The notes: generated by a model from the letters alone, not told the origin. DNA of 34,231 nt from Thermoproteota archaeon (GCA_027492035.1 JAOZFT010000002.1:1-34231); one strand, 5' to 3'; numbered from the stretch's first letter, positions 1 to 9,341 are shown. A program made the numbers and translations.

Positions 1-1
1 A

Positions 2-127
2 GTACTAAAAGAAATAAAAAAAGCTGCAAAGGAAATTTCCGAATCAAAGGAACCGTTTTCTACCTCTGAAAAAATATGTTCTCTTTGTTTGTTGGCACGG
101 ACCAGAAGACAAAATTATAACAAGTAA
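2..127 (+). CDS. 3' end of a gene entering the window (hypothetical, CxxC near C-terminus)
   Basis: Frame 2 is open from the window edge: VLKEIKKAAKEISESKEPFSTSEKICSLCLLARTRRQNYNK* (TAA 125-127). Too short to assign. Confidence 0.35.
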   Translation, partial: VLKEIKKAAKEISESKEPFSTSEKICSLCLLARTRRQNYNK

Positions 128-364
128 AGGACATAAAATCTTCCCTTTTCGATGTTTCAGTCGGTCATAGAAGGTTATAAAGTTTTTAATGATTAAAAAC
201 TTGAAAATACTTTCTCCGAAAAAGTAGGTTTTTATAATTGTGAAAGGGAAATCAGTGAAAGTGTTGAGAAAGTATTAAAAGAAAGCGCTTTTCAATAAGT
301 GAAACGGGGAAGTTTTAAGGTTTCGAAAATAAAAGATTCAGAGTTATTTAAGTGGGGTTCTTCG

Positions 365-1399
365 TTGGAAAAAATAACGGATTTTTTGGAAAGGTATTCA
401 AGGCAAATGGTGATGTCTAAAATTGGGAAAGATGGACAGAAAAAGCTGGTGGAGTCCACGGTAGCAATTTTGGGCTTAGGAGGGATAGGTTCAGTGGCTT
501 CTTTTTATTTAGCAGGTGCAGGGGTAAACTTAAAGCTAATAGATAGAGACTTAGTTTCCTTAAGCGACCTTCATAGGCAAATACTCTATACAGAGGAAGA
601 TTTGGGAAAGCCTAAAGCTTACGCTGCAAAAGAAAGATTATCGAAATTGAATTCTAAGATCGAAATCGAAGCTTTAAGTGACGAATTCAATCCAGCTAAC
701 GCTGAAGAATTTATCACAGGTTCAGACCTTGTCTTGGATGCAACAGATAATTTTGAAACAAGATTTCTACTGAATGATGTTTGCGTGAAACATAACAAAC
801 CATTTACCTATGCTGCAGCTATTCAAGATAGAGGGCTTTTTATGTTTATCCAGCCCCAAGAAACACCTTGCTTAAGATGTTTAATGGAGGAGCCTCCTAA
901 ACCAGGAACAATCGGTACTTGTGCAACAGTAGGGGTTATAGGCCCAGCTCCAGGTTTTGTAGGTGTGTTATCAGCTTCAGAAGCAATAAAGTACTTAACA
1001 GGTTACGGTGAAAATCTAAAAAATAAATTATTGGTTTTCGAACTTGGAAATTTCTCTTTAGATTTAGTTAAAGTTTCTAGAAACATGAACTGTAAAACTT
1101 GCGTTAAAAGGAAATTTGAATACTTGGAAGGCAAGACATGGACAAAAGCATCCCCTCTTTGCGGGGTTGACACTTACCAAGTTAGATTAGAGGGGAAAGG
1201 GAGCATTGATTTAGCACACCTTTCCTTAAATCTTTCCAAAAACCCTTATGTGAAAGTCAAAACGAGAAGTAACCAGTATCTCCTGTTAAACTATAACCAA
1301 TACAACGTTACTGTATTAACAAATGGAAGGGTGCTGGTGAGGGGAGCTAAAAGCGTTTCTGAAGCTAGAAAAATAGCAAATCTGATCCTGTCTATGTAA
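365..1399 (+). CDS. MoeB/ThiF/UbaA-family E1-like adenylyltransferase with an extra C-terminal domain
   Basis: RYSRQ, GLGGIG nucleotide-binding loop, DRD..SDLHRQ, DATDNFETR, Zn sites CLRC and CKTC, catalytic-loop Cys (GTCATVG). ORF is open from GTG 299; TTG 365 after GTGGGGT is the more likely start. Confidence 0.92.
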   Translation: MEKITDFLERYSRQMVMSKIGKDGQKKLVESTVAILGLGGIGSVASFYLAGAGVNLKLIDRDLVSLSDLHRQILYTEEDLGKPKAYAAKERLSKLNSKIEIEALSDEFNPANAEEFITGSDLVLDATDNFETRFLLNDVCVKHNKPFTYAAAIQDRGLFMFIQPQETPCLRCLMEEPPKPGTIGTCATVGVIGPAPGFVGVLSASEAIKYLTGYGENLKNKLLVFELGNFSLDLVKVSRNMNCKTCVKRKFEYLEGKTWTKASPLCGVDTYQVRLEGKGSIDLAHLSLNLSKNPYVKVKTRSNQYLLLNYNQYNVTVLTNGRVLVRGAKSVSEARKIANLILSM

Positions 1400-1496
1400 A
1401 CATTTGGAAAAGGAGCACTCAGCTTCTTCACTTTTTAACACTTTACCAGAAAAGGTTTAGTGTCTATCTTTGGCTCTACACAGTTATTTTTAGTCT

Positions 1497-2345
1497 TTAA
1501 ACAGAATTAATTCTATTCCTCTTTTTCAATATATCTTTTAGGGCTTCTTCTTTCTTCAATTCTCCCATCAAGAAAGAAAGTAATAGAATAATTGAGGAGA
1601 GAATTGCAATTGTTGCGCCAACAGGCCAGTCCAGGAAGTAACTTGCTATCAAGCCGGAAGAAGCTGAGAAGGAACCTAATAGAGAGGAGTAAAGCAATTG
1701 AAGGTAAGCCTTCTTTGTAAGTTGGAAAGATGCAGCAACAGGGTTGTAGAGGAGAGTGAAAACCAAAAAGCCACCAGTAAGTTTTAAAGTGGATGCTATA
1801 GCCATTCCTGCAAAAAACAAAATTGCCAAAGTGTGATTGTAAATGTTAAGCCCTTCAGCTTCAGCTAATTTTTTATCATATAGAATTGAGTCTATATGTA
1901 CTCTGTAAGCTAATATATACAATATAAAAGTGAAGGTGACTAAGAGAAGTATTGTTAGCTTTTGTAAAGTTACAGCAAGAAGGCTTCCCCACAAAATCAC
2001 TGATATAGAGGAGGTAGCTAAAACCTGGGTGTTAGAAAGGTATATTGCAAAAAGGGCAATAGCTGAACACACTGAAAAAACAGTCATGCTTAGAAGTTCC
2101 CCTCCATATTTGACTCGAGTGAGCAAGAAACCAAGAATTAAAGCTGAAATTACTGCAACCCCCATAGCTGAGTAGATAGGATCCAACCCTAAAATAAGGC
2201 CAACAGCTGCTCCTGCCAATGCAGCATGTGCTACACTAAAACTTAACGTTGTTATTTTAAGGCGGTGAACATGGAAGCCAATAGCTCCACAAAGTCCTCC
2301 ACTTAACACAGCCGCGATAAATGAAAGAGCTAGTAACTCAAGCAC
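1497..2345 (-). CDS. Metal ABC transporter permease (ZnuB/MntB, ABC-3 family)
   Basis: Polytopic hydrophobic protein with SVAHAALAGAA, ILWGSLL and D..LAEAEG motifs; last gene of the ABC operon. Confidence 0.9.
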   Translation of the reverse strand: MLELLALSFIAAVLSGGLCGAIGFHVHRLKITTLSFSVAHAALAGAAVGLILGLDPIYSAMGVAVISALILGFLLTRVKYGGELLSMTVFSVCSAIALFAIYLSNTQVLATSSISVILWGSLLAVTLQKLTILLLVTFTFILYILAYRVHIDSILYDKKLAEAEGLNIYNHTLAILFFAGMAIASTLKLTGGFLVFTLLYNPVAASFQLTKKAYLQLLYSSLLGSFSASSGLIASYFLDWPVGATIAILSSIILLLSFLMGELKKEEALKDILKKRNRINSV

Positions 2346-2369
2346 TTCAGTCCTTTCCTCTTAAAATCT

Positions 2370-3047
2370 TTATAGACCTTGAGTTTCAACGATTCTTCCA
2401 TCCTTCATTTCAATAACTGCGTCAGCTAAATTGATCACTGGATTGGTGTCGTGGCTAACTATGAGTGCAGTAGCCTTTTCTTCCTTTACATAGCCCTTTA
2501 GAACATTTGAAACAAGTTTCCTGCTCTCTTTATCTAGACTTGAAAAGGGTTCATCAAGGAATAATGCCCTAGGCCTCCTCACAAGGGCTCTTGCAATCAC
2601 AACTTTTTGCTGCTGTCCACCACTTAGTGTACCTACGGGTTCAGCAAGAAGGTTTTTTATGTCAAGTATCTCCGCAACTTCCTGAACAAGATCTTCCTCT
2701 TCTTTGGTTAATTGTTCAAAGATTGATTTGTAGGGAGCTAAACCGAACTGTATTACACGTTTAACAGTATAGCTTTCGAAAGGAGGTTTTATGAAGTCTT
2801 GAGGAACGTATCCACAAAGTTTCCTTACATTTACCACGCTTCTACTTTTTGTGTTAATACCAAAAAGGAAAACTTCTCCTTTAAAGGCTTTAAGTAAACC
2901 TAGGCATGTTTCTAGTAGCGTGGTTTTCCCAGCTCCATTTGGACCCGTGATTAACACAAGCTTTTTGGAGGGGATAGTGAGGGTTATATCTTGAATAGCC
3001 GGAAGGTTGGCCCCGGAGTAAGTAACCCATACATTTTTTAGTTTCAC
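2370..3047 (-). CDS. Metal ABC transporter ATP-binding protein (ZnuC-like)
   Basis: Walker A GPNGAGKTT, YVPQ, LSGGQQQ signature, LFLDEP, VSHD. Likely start GTG 3047 overlaps the fmdE-like stop (GTGA coupling); ORF is open from 3092. Confidence 0.93.
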   Translation of the reverse strand: MKLKNVWVTYSGANLPAIQDITLTIPSKKLVLITGPNGAGKTTLLETCLGLLKAFKGEVFLFGINTKSRSVVNVRKLCGYVPQDFIKPPFESYTVKRVIQFGLAPYKSIFEQLTKEEEDLVQEVAEILDIKNLLAEPVGTLSGGQQQKVVIARALVRRPRALFLDEPFSSLDKESRKLVSNVLKGYVKEEKATALIVSHDTNPVINLADAVIEMKDGRIVETQGL

Positions 3048-3469
3048 GGTTTCTCCTCGAAAAGTACATGGAAAGGCTGTGCAGCGACCCATTCACCTGC
3101 CCCTTCTAAACCCTTCATGGTTAGAATTTCCTTTATTCTTCTCTTAATTTCAGGCTTAAGTTTAAATCCAATTTTCTCCCTTGTCTTATTGTTCGTAAAG
3201 ATATATTTTATTTCTCCAACATCTGAACGTTCCAGTTTAATGTTTAATTTCCCAAGTGTACATCTAGCTGAAGCTTGAACACCGTCGATGGCACATGTGT
3301 AGGGGGTTTTTAGAGGAGTTTTTACTAAACAATTAAGATCATGCTCAGTTTCTGGTTTTAATACTTCAACAGCTCTTAAACCAACTCTGTACCCAAGAAC
3401 CAGCCAAGGCCCTTTATGGCCATGAAAAGCTGCAGCTTCACTCAAACTTAACCCGTGGAACCCTTGCAT
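3044..3469 (-). CDS. FmdE (formylmethanofuran dehydrogenase subunit E)-family protein
   Basis: FHGHxGP..LG.R.G and C..DGVQ....CTLGK motifs typical of FmdE. Confidence 0.88.
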   Translation of the reverse strand: MQGFHGLSLSEAAAFHGHKGPWLVLGYRVGLRAVEVLKPETEHDLNCLVKTPLKTPYTCAIDGVQASARCTLGKLNIKLERSDVGEIKYIFTNNKTREKIGFKLKPEIKRRIKEILTMKGLEGAGEWVAAQPFHVLFEEKP

Positions 3470-3507
3470 CTGTTCTTTCTTCTCTTTAAAGGATTTTATG
3501 GAGATTT

Positions 3508-4467
3508 TTATCTCCTCCTGCGTAAAATTAAAGCAGCTAAGACAATTAATTCAATAATTGCTATAATTGAGGCTGCAAAAGTAGCGGTTCTCCATTCTTC
3601 AACCTTCTTAATTGCATTGTTAAGTTCACCTCTAACTTCCGCTGTTTCCAGCGCTTCAGCTATTTTTTCAGCGTTCCACTTCATTACTTCAGTCATGTTG
3701 TTTAACTTGGGAGCTGTTCCTGGGAAGTTTGACAAGGCAATTTCTACTGCACCTGTCTCTGAAGCTATTTTCTTCCCTAATTCGCTTCCACTTTGCATGT
3801 TGTCCACCACAAGTACAGCATGGTTTTCTGTCATATTCTTTATTATCGACTCGTATTGTTTGGCTGATACTGTTTCCGGTGGGGGGTAGACAGCAACTAC
3901 CTTGAAACCTAAGAAATTTATGTACCCTTTCTGGAACATCATACATGCTACAGGTTTCCCTTTAAAGCTGTTCTTATTTGCAAAATTTTTAAGCCAGGAA
4001 TTTACTTCCTCTATGCTCCGCAAACAAGATTTCAATTTCATGGATAAGTTGATCCCTAAATTCTGGCTAAGGACTTGAGAAACTTCACTATACAGTTTTT
4101 TCAGAGCTTCAGGGTTATTCCATGACCCCTTTATTTTCACTACTGGTGCTGCACTCCCTGACGCCTGTTTAAGCTCACTAACCCAAGGTTCAAACCCGTG
4201 CATAAGTATGAGTTCAGCTTCTTTAAAGGCTTCAACATCACTTGGTTTAACATCATAATGTGCGGGGCAAACAGCAGGAGAAGCTATCACGTCAATTTTT
4301 ACTTTGTCACCTGCAAGGTCTCGAACAATACTGGATAAGACAGTTGTAGTACACACCACTAACGGCTTTTCCCCTTCAACTTTAATAAATTGAAAATTGC
4401 ACATGGAAAATGTGAAAGTTAAAACTAAGGCGAGAAGGACTCTTCTTGCAGTTTTATTGTTTAACAT
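3508..4467 (-). CDS. Metal ABC transporter substrate-binding protein (ZnuA/TroA-like) with signal peptide and C-terminal membrane anchor
   Basis: N-terminal signal, VVCTTTVLSSIV..LAGD, CPAHYDVKPSD, GFEPW; C-terminal TM helix followed by RRRR. Confidence 0.88.
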   Translation of the reverse strand: MLNNKTARRVLLALVLTFTFSMCNFQFIKVEGEKPLVVCTTTVLSSIVRDLAGDKVKIDVIASPAVCPAHYDVKPSDVEAFKEAELILMHGFEPWVSELKQASGSAAPVVKIKGSWNNPEALKKLYSEVSQVLSQNLGINLSMKLKSCLRSIEEVNSWLKNFANKNSFKGKPVACMMFQKGYINFLGFKVVAVYPPPETVSAKQYESIIKNMTENHAVLVVDNMQSGSELGKKIASETGAVEIALSNFPGTAPKLNNMTEVMKWNAEKIAEALETAEVRGELNNAIKKVEEWRTATFAASIIAIIELIVLAALILRRRR

Positions 4468-4482
4468 TTTAAAAACCTCTTG

Positions 4483-4537
4483 GTGTCACAAAATAAAAAT
4501 TTATGCTACTTATTTATAAAATTTTCTGTTTTGTAAC
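4483..4537 (-). promoter_or_regulatory. TATA-like promoter and candidate operator of the metal ABC operon
   Basis: Minus strand reads ...AAAATTTTATAAATA (TATA-like) followed by GTAGCAT-N13-GTGACAC; an imperfect inverted repeat spans 4485-4537. Confidence 0.45.
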
Positions 4538-4708
4538 AAACTTCATCTTTTCTTTTTCAATAAATTTTTAAAAATTTTTAAGAATCTTAAGAAAAAGTTT
4601 CTATTTTCAAAAATAATTTGTTTTTTGTTCAGTACAAGAAACCTTTTTTGGAAGAATATCAACAGGCAGTAGTTTGTAGGAAAAACAGAAAAGCTCTTTT
4701 TCTGAAAC

Positions 4709-5977
4709 TTAGGTTTTTACCTGGCATGAACAACACACAGGTTTTGAAAATAACATTATAAGGGGGACTGTCTCAATCATTAAGCCAAGGGTTAAAGTGG
4801 CAATTAAGGGAGAATTGGTGACATCTAGTATCAAACCTGTTATCAAAGGGAATGTAAGTGTACCCACGTTACCAATTGCAGAAATCACTCCCAGCGCTGT
4901 CCCTGCAAGTTTCCTTGTCTCAGGAAAATCTAGGGGCATAACAAATATGAGGGTCATAGCTCCTGTTAATGAGAAACCTGACATGAAAGCTGCAATCCAT
5001 AAAGGGAAACTTTGAAGTAAAGAAATGAAGAAGATTAGGGGGCCGCTTAGGAGTGAAAGCAAAAACACAAAGTTCCTTCTTGAGCCAATCCTGTCGGAAA
5101 GAAAACCTGTAACTGGACTTGATAAAAGGAACCCTATAGGAAGCATTGAAGAAATTAAACCTGAAACTTCTGAAGGAAACCCTCTTAATTCCAAGATATA
5201 AGGTGTCCACGTGCAAAGTGTATCATAGTTTCCCATAACAAAGACACAAGCTAGTGAAAGAATCCAGGTTTCTCTAAACTTAAACAGTTTAACTAAAGTT
5301 TTTTTATCAAACTCCTTCATTTTTTCTCCATCACCGGCCCTTTTCGGTTTTTTAGGAAGAAGAAGCCAAAATAAAGCTACAATTAAACCCCATAAACCGA
5401 ACAGTCTGAGAACGAATTTCCAGTCATTGTACATGTCCATTAGGAAAGGTACTAAAGTGAAGCTTATAATTTCTCCTAACGGAAAACCTGAAACATATAA
5501 ACCAGTAGCTAAACCGCTTTTTTCAGGGAAATGATTCTTCACAAGGTTTGAAAGACAAGGTATAACTGCTCCTAAACCCACACCCAAAAAGAACTGATAA
5601 AGCAGGAGAAGTTCGTAGCTGGAAGAAAAACCTCTCAATAAACTAAACACACCAGTGATTGACAATGCAGCTTTCATAGTGGTTGAGAAACCGATTAAAT
5701 CACTTAAGTACCCCCAAAAAATTCTGGAGAGAATAATGGAAAATACACAAATGGAGACTACAAGGCTCATTTGCGTATGAGTCAGTTTTAAATCAGCCAT
5801 TACATCGGGAATAAGTAAAGAAAAAGAGAAAAAGAGAAGATGTAGAGTAAAACCTACCATGAATGCAAATGCGATTAGAAACCATCCTTGGAAAACATTC
5901 TCCCTAAAGGATGCAAAAACATAGGGTTTAAACCTTGCCTTAAGTTTATACTGTTCCAAATATGAAAACCCCTTCAA
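4709..5977 (-). CDS. MFS transporter (CynX/NimT-like)
   Basis: About 12 hydrophobic segments; MFS motif A twice (WGYLSDLIG, GFLSDRIGSRR). The true start may be downstream of 5977. Confidence 0.88.
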   Translation of the reverse strand: MKGFSYLEQYKLKARFKPYVFASFRENVFQGWFLIAFAFMVGFTLHLLFFSFSLLIPDVMADLKLTHTQMSLVVSICVFSIILSRIFWGYLSDLIGFSTTMKAALSITGVFSLLRGFSSSYELLLLYQFFLGVGLGAVIPCLSNLVKNHFPEKSGLATGLYVSGFPLGEIISFTLVPFLMDMYNDWKFVLRLFGLWGLIVALFWLLLPKKPKRAGDGEKMKEFDKKTLVKLFKFRETWILSLACVFVMGNYDTLCTWTPYILELRGFPSEVSGLISSMLPIGFLLSSPVTGFLSDRIGSRRNFVFLLSLLSGPLIFFISLLQSFPLWIAAFMSGFSLTGAMTLIFVMPLDFPETRKLAGTALGVISAIGNVGTLTFPLITGLILDVTNSPLIATLTLGLMIETVPLIMLFSKPVCCSCQVKT

Positions 5978-6598
5978 TGTTCTTACTTTGAGCCTCCAAA
6001 AACATTGATTTAACTATAAAAACTTATTGGTTCCCCTTTTCCCTTTTATCTAAGGAAATAAAATGTTTTATTAAAGATGAGTTTGTGCGGAGACGGAATG
6101 GATAATATGGACTTTAATATACGGTATTTGTTTCTGTAGTATTTTGGCTTTATTTACCAGTTTTACAGAAGGTCTATGAGAAGGAAGAAGTGATTTTGAG
6201 TATACAAGATATACAGGATATTGAATAACTGAAAAAACCTATTCCTAAAGCTTGATATAATGCCTTAACTGCTTTTTTGGATATTGTGTTGAGCAGTAAA
6301 GCACACTTACTCATGATAACTAAACTACATGTTTTTACTTGTTCTAATCCCTAAAGACCTGTCTTAACAATCATTAACCTGTTTAACCATGTTTCCTTAC
6401 CAAAACAATAAATTTCACCCAAAATGAAAGGCTTCTATTCTTCAAAAGGAGTACTTTAGAAACAGGGGCCACTTACATTTCACCAACTTCCCTCCAGATT
6501 CTCTCAAAATTTTTGTGATGAAATACTTTTTAGAGAACTTTCATTTGAAAAACATGCAACCTAAGAACAAAGGGCCTTTTGAAGGAGAAGAAGCGCAA

Positions 6599-6997
6599 TT
6601 AAAGGGGCATGAAAACTGTTTTAATTTGCAGTATACCTTTCATTCCTCTTATCCTTCCTGTTAATTCAAGAACTCTTGAATGTTCCCCTTCAACTATGAA
6701 AATTTCTAAGCAGTATTTATGGTTTAGATGTCTATGTATATTTTCCACTATTATATCTTCAAATTCATGTCTTAGTTTTGCCATTTTGAGATTTACTTCT
6801 TTCTGGGATTGGTTGTTTGTGACCATTATTGTAGCAGCTACTTTTTCATTCTTAAGCCTTTGAAACTCCCATTCAGACATTAAATTCCTAATGGCATCTC
6901 TGAAAGCTTCTGACCTACTATAGTATCCTCTCAGCTCCATAAATTCCTCGAATTTTCTTAAAAGCTGGGAAGGAAGAGTTATACTTACGACTGTCAT
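6599..6997 (-). CDS. nikR: NikR-family (RHH + ACT) metal-responsive transcriptional regulator
   Basis: VSITLP..LL..F / RGYYSRSEAFRDAIR ribbon-helix-helix; C-domain retains H..HxH..C ligands (RHE, IHRHL, YCLE). Confidence 0.85.
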   Translation of the reverse strand: MTVVSITLPSQLLRKFEEFMELRGYYSRSEAFRDAIRNLMSEWEFQRLKNEKVAATIMVTNNQSQKEVNLKMAKLRHEFEDIIVENIHRHLNHKYCLEIFIVEGEHSRVLELTGRIRGMKGILQIKTVFMPL

Positions 6998-7205
6998 ACT
7001 TCCCCACTCAATGTTTCATTCTCGTTATTAATTTTTAGAAAGGAATTAATTTCATATTAATATTTTTTGATTATGTTTTAGCATTAAATTAATATAAAGT
7101 AACGTTCAGTGCCTTTACAGGAGGTAAGTGGTGTCGTAGCTTCAGTGAATCTTCCATTCCTTTGTTTTTTAGGGGAGGAAAAGTAGAGAAGTTTCAAGGC
7201 TTGTT

Positions 7206-7233
7206 CTGCTTGTTTTAATTTTATTTCAAGCAG
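7206..7233. promoter_or_regulatory. Perfect 7-bp inverted repeat with 14-bp A/T spacer upstream of the P1B ATPase (candidate operator or hairpin)
   Basis: CTGCTTG-ttttaattttattt-CAAGCAG in the nikR/ATPase divergent region. Confidence 0.4.
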
Positions 7234-7291
7234 GAAAATTTCTAGTCCATAGAGACTATGAAGGGTTAAAGAAAATTTATAGAGAGGGTCT

Positions 7292-9199
7292 GTGATAGAA
7301 ATGGGAAGGGGGATAGATGAGAAAGAATTTAATGTAAAAAAGGAAGTGTTAACTCTTGTCTTGGGAGCATTAATTTATGTAGGAGCTTTAACGTTAAAGT
7401 TACCTTTACCTGAAGAATTTTCCCTATTTCTGTTAAGTTATTTTATTATTGGAGGAAATGTTGTGCAAAAGGCTGTTAAACATATTTTTCGTAAAAGAAT
7501 TTTTGATGAGAATTTTTTGATGACTGTGGCTACCGCTGGTGCTTTTGCGATAAGGGAGTTCCCAGAAGCTGTTGCAGTTATGCTTTTTTTCAAAGTCGGT
7601 GAACTGCTTCAAAATTCTGCTTTAAACAAGTCAAGGAGAGCTGTTAAGTCTTTGATCGAGATAAAGGCAGATTACGCAAATTTGAAAATGGACGGAAAAA
7701 CGAAGAAAGTTGACCCTAAGAATGTAAAAGTGGGGGATGTAATTATTGTTAAGCCTGGAGAAAAAGTTCCACTTGACGGTGTCGTGTTAAGTGGTTATTC
7801 AATGGTAGATACTTCAGCCTTAACAGGGGAGCCTGTGCCGAAGAAAGTAGAACCAGGAGACAAAATACTTTCAGGAATGATAAACAAGACAGGTCTTTTA
7901 ATTGTTCAAGTAACTAAGAAATTTAGTGAATCCACTGTGGCTAAAATAATGGAGTTAGTAGAGAACGCAGCTGCTAGAAAAGCCCCTACTGAACAATTTA
8001 TCACTAAATTTGCGAAATATTACACTCCAACAGTAGTTTTAGGGGCTTTTCTCCTAGTTTTTGTACCTGTAGTACTTAGCACTGTACCGATTTTTAAGCC
8101 TTTGTTCAATTATGAAGAAGATTTATCTAAGTGGATATATAGATCCCTCACTTTTTTAGTCATTTCTTGCCCCTGTGCCTTAGTTATTTCAATTCCTTTG
8201 GGTTTTTTTGGAGGAATAGGGGCTTCTTCTAAAAGAGGAGTACTGATTAAAGGTTCAAACTTCTTAGAAGGACTAAATCACCTTCACACAGTTGTTTGGG
8301 ATAAAACAGGCACCCTAACTAAAGGTGTGTTTAAAGTTGTGAAGGTAGTGCCTAAAAACAATTTTTTGAAGGAGGAAGTTTTAAAGTTAGCAGCGCAACT
8401 AGAAAGTCAATCAAACCATCCTATTGCTCAGTCCATACTTGAAGCCTTTAATGGGGAAATAGATGAAACCACAATAGAAAGTTACGAAGAAATTCCAGGG
8501 TATGGCGTAAAAGCAAAAGTGAACCATCAACTTGCATTAGTTGGAAACGATAAATTGCTTCACAAAGAAAAAATCCACCATGACACGTGTAAAGTTGAAG
8601 GAACAGTGGTTCATGTAGCCCTTAACAATACTTACATGGGGTACATTGTTATTTCAGATGAAATTAAGGAGGATGCTGAAGAAACAGTTAAAAAACTTAA
8701 AAAATTAGGAGTAAAAAGGCAAGTCATGGTTACTGGAGATGATTCTCAAGCAGCAAGGAAAGTTGCTCAAGAACTTGGTTTGGACACATATTTTGCTGAG
8801 CTTCTGCCGCACCAAAAAGTGGAGAAGCTTGAACAGTTAATGAAGGAAAAGCAAGGGAAGGGGTTAATAGCCTTTGTAGGAGATGGAGTAAATGATGCTC
8901 CTGCGCTGGTGCGTTCAGATGTAGGTGTAGCCATGGGGGCTTTAGGGTCAGATGCTGCAATAGAGGCTGCAGATATAGTTTTACTTACTGACGAACCTTC
9001 AAGAATAATTGAAACAATTAAAATTGCAAAGAAGACAAGAAAAACAGTTTGGCAAAACATAAGTTTTGCATTGATTATTAAAACAATATTTTTAGTTTTA
9101 GGTGCACTTGGGACAGCAACTATGTGGGAAGCTGTTTTCGCTGATGTAGGAGTTGCTTTATTAACAATAATTAATTCCACAAGAATAATTCTGAAATGA
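7292..9199 (+). CDS. cadA: Heavy-metal translocating P1B-type ATPase (CadA/ZntA, Zn/Cd/Co type) lacking an N-terminal HMA domain
   Basis: DENFLM, TGEP, SCPCAL, DKTGTLT, HP, TGD, GDGVNDAP; Lys in IIK and FADVG are P1B-2 signatures. Confidence 0.93.
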   Translation: MIEMGRGIDEKEFNVKKEVLTLVLGALIYVGALTLKLPLPEEFSLFLLSYFIIGGNVVQKAVKHIFRKRIFDENFLMTVATAGAFAIREFPEAVAVMLFFKVGELLQNSALNKSRRAVKSLIEIKADYANLKMDGKTKKVDPKNVKVGDVIIVKPGEKVPLDGVVLSGYSMVDTSALTGEPVPKKVEPGDKILSGMINKTGLLIVQVTKKFSESTVAKIMELVENAAARKAPTEQFITKFAKYYTPTVVLGAFLLVFVPVVLSTVPIFKPLFNYEEDLSKWIYRSLTFLVISCPCALVISIPLGFFGGIGASSKRGVLIKGSNFLEGLNHLHTVVWDKTGTLTKGVFKVVKVVPKNNFLKEEVLKLAAQLESQSNHPIAQSILEAFNGEIDETTIESYEEIPGYGVKAKVNHQLALVGNDKLLHKEKIHHDTCKVEGTVVHVALNNTYMGYIVISDEIKEDAEETVKKLKKLGVKRQVMVTGDDSQAARKVAQELGLDTYFAELLPHQKVEKLEQLMKEKQGKGLIAFVGDGVNDAPALVRSDVGVAMGALGSDAAIEAADIVLLTDEPSRIIETIKIAKKTRKTVWQNISFALIIKTIFLVLGALGTATMWEAVFADVGVALLTIINSTRIILK

Positions 9200-9341
9200 T
9201 TTTGAAATACCAAAACACTTCCATTAATTATATATTTCCAAACTTCCCTTTTATAGAAGTGGCTTTTAAGGGATATAGAGATTTTTCACCCTCTTTAATG
9301 TTTCTTAAGGAAACTGAGAGAAAAGGAGGAGATGCCTAAAA

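Noticed and set aside
2-127. Cas4-like C-terminus suggested by KICSLC
   Set aside because: The third Cys of the CxxCxxxxxC motif is missing and there is no cas or CRISPR context.
6000-6598. 600-bp gap with short hydrophobic reading frames and a GTGATGA (C-box-like) at about 6525
   Set aside because: No frame is long enough or recognisable, and no properly placed CTGA D box supports a C/D sRNA.
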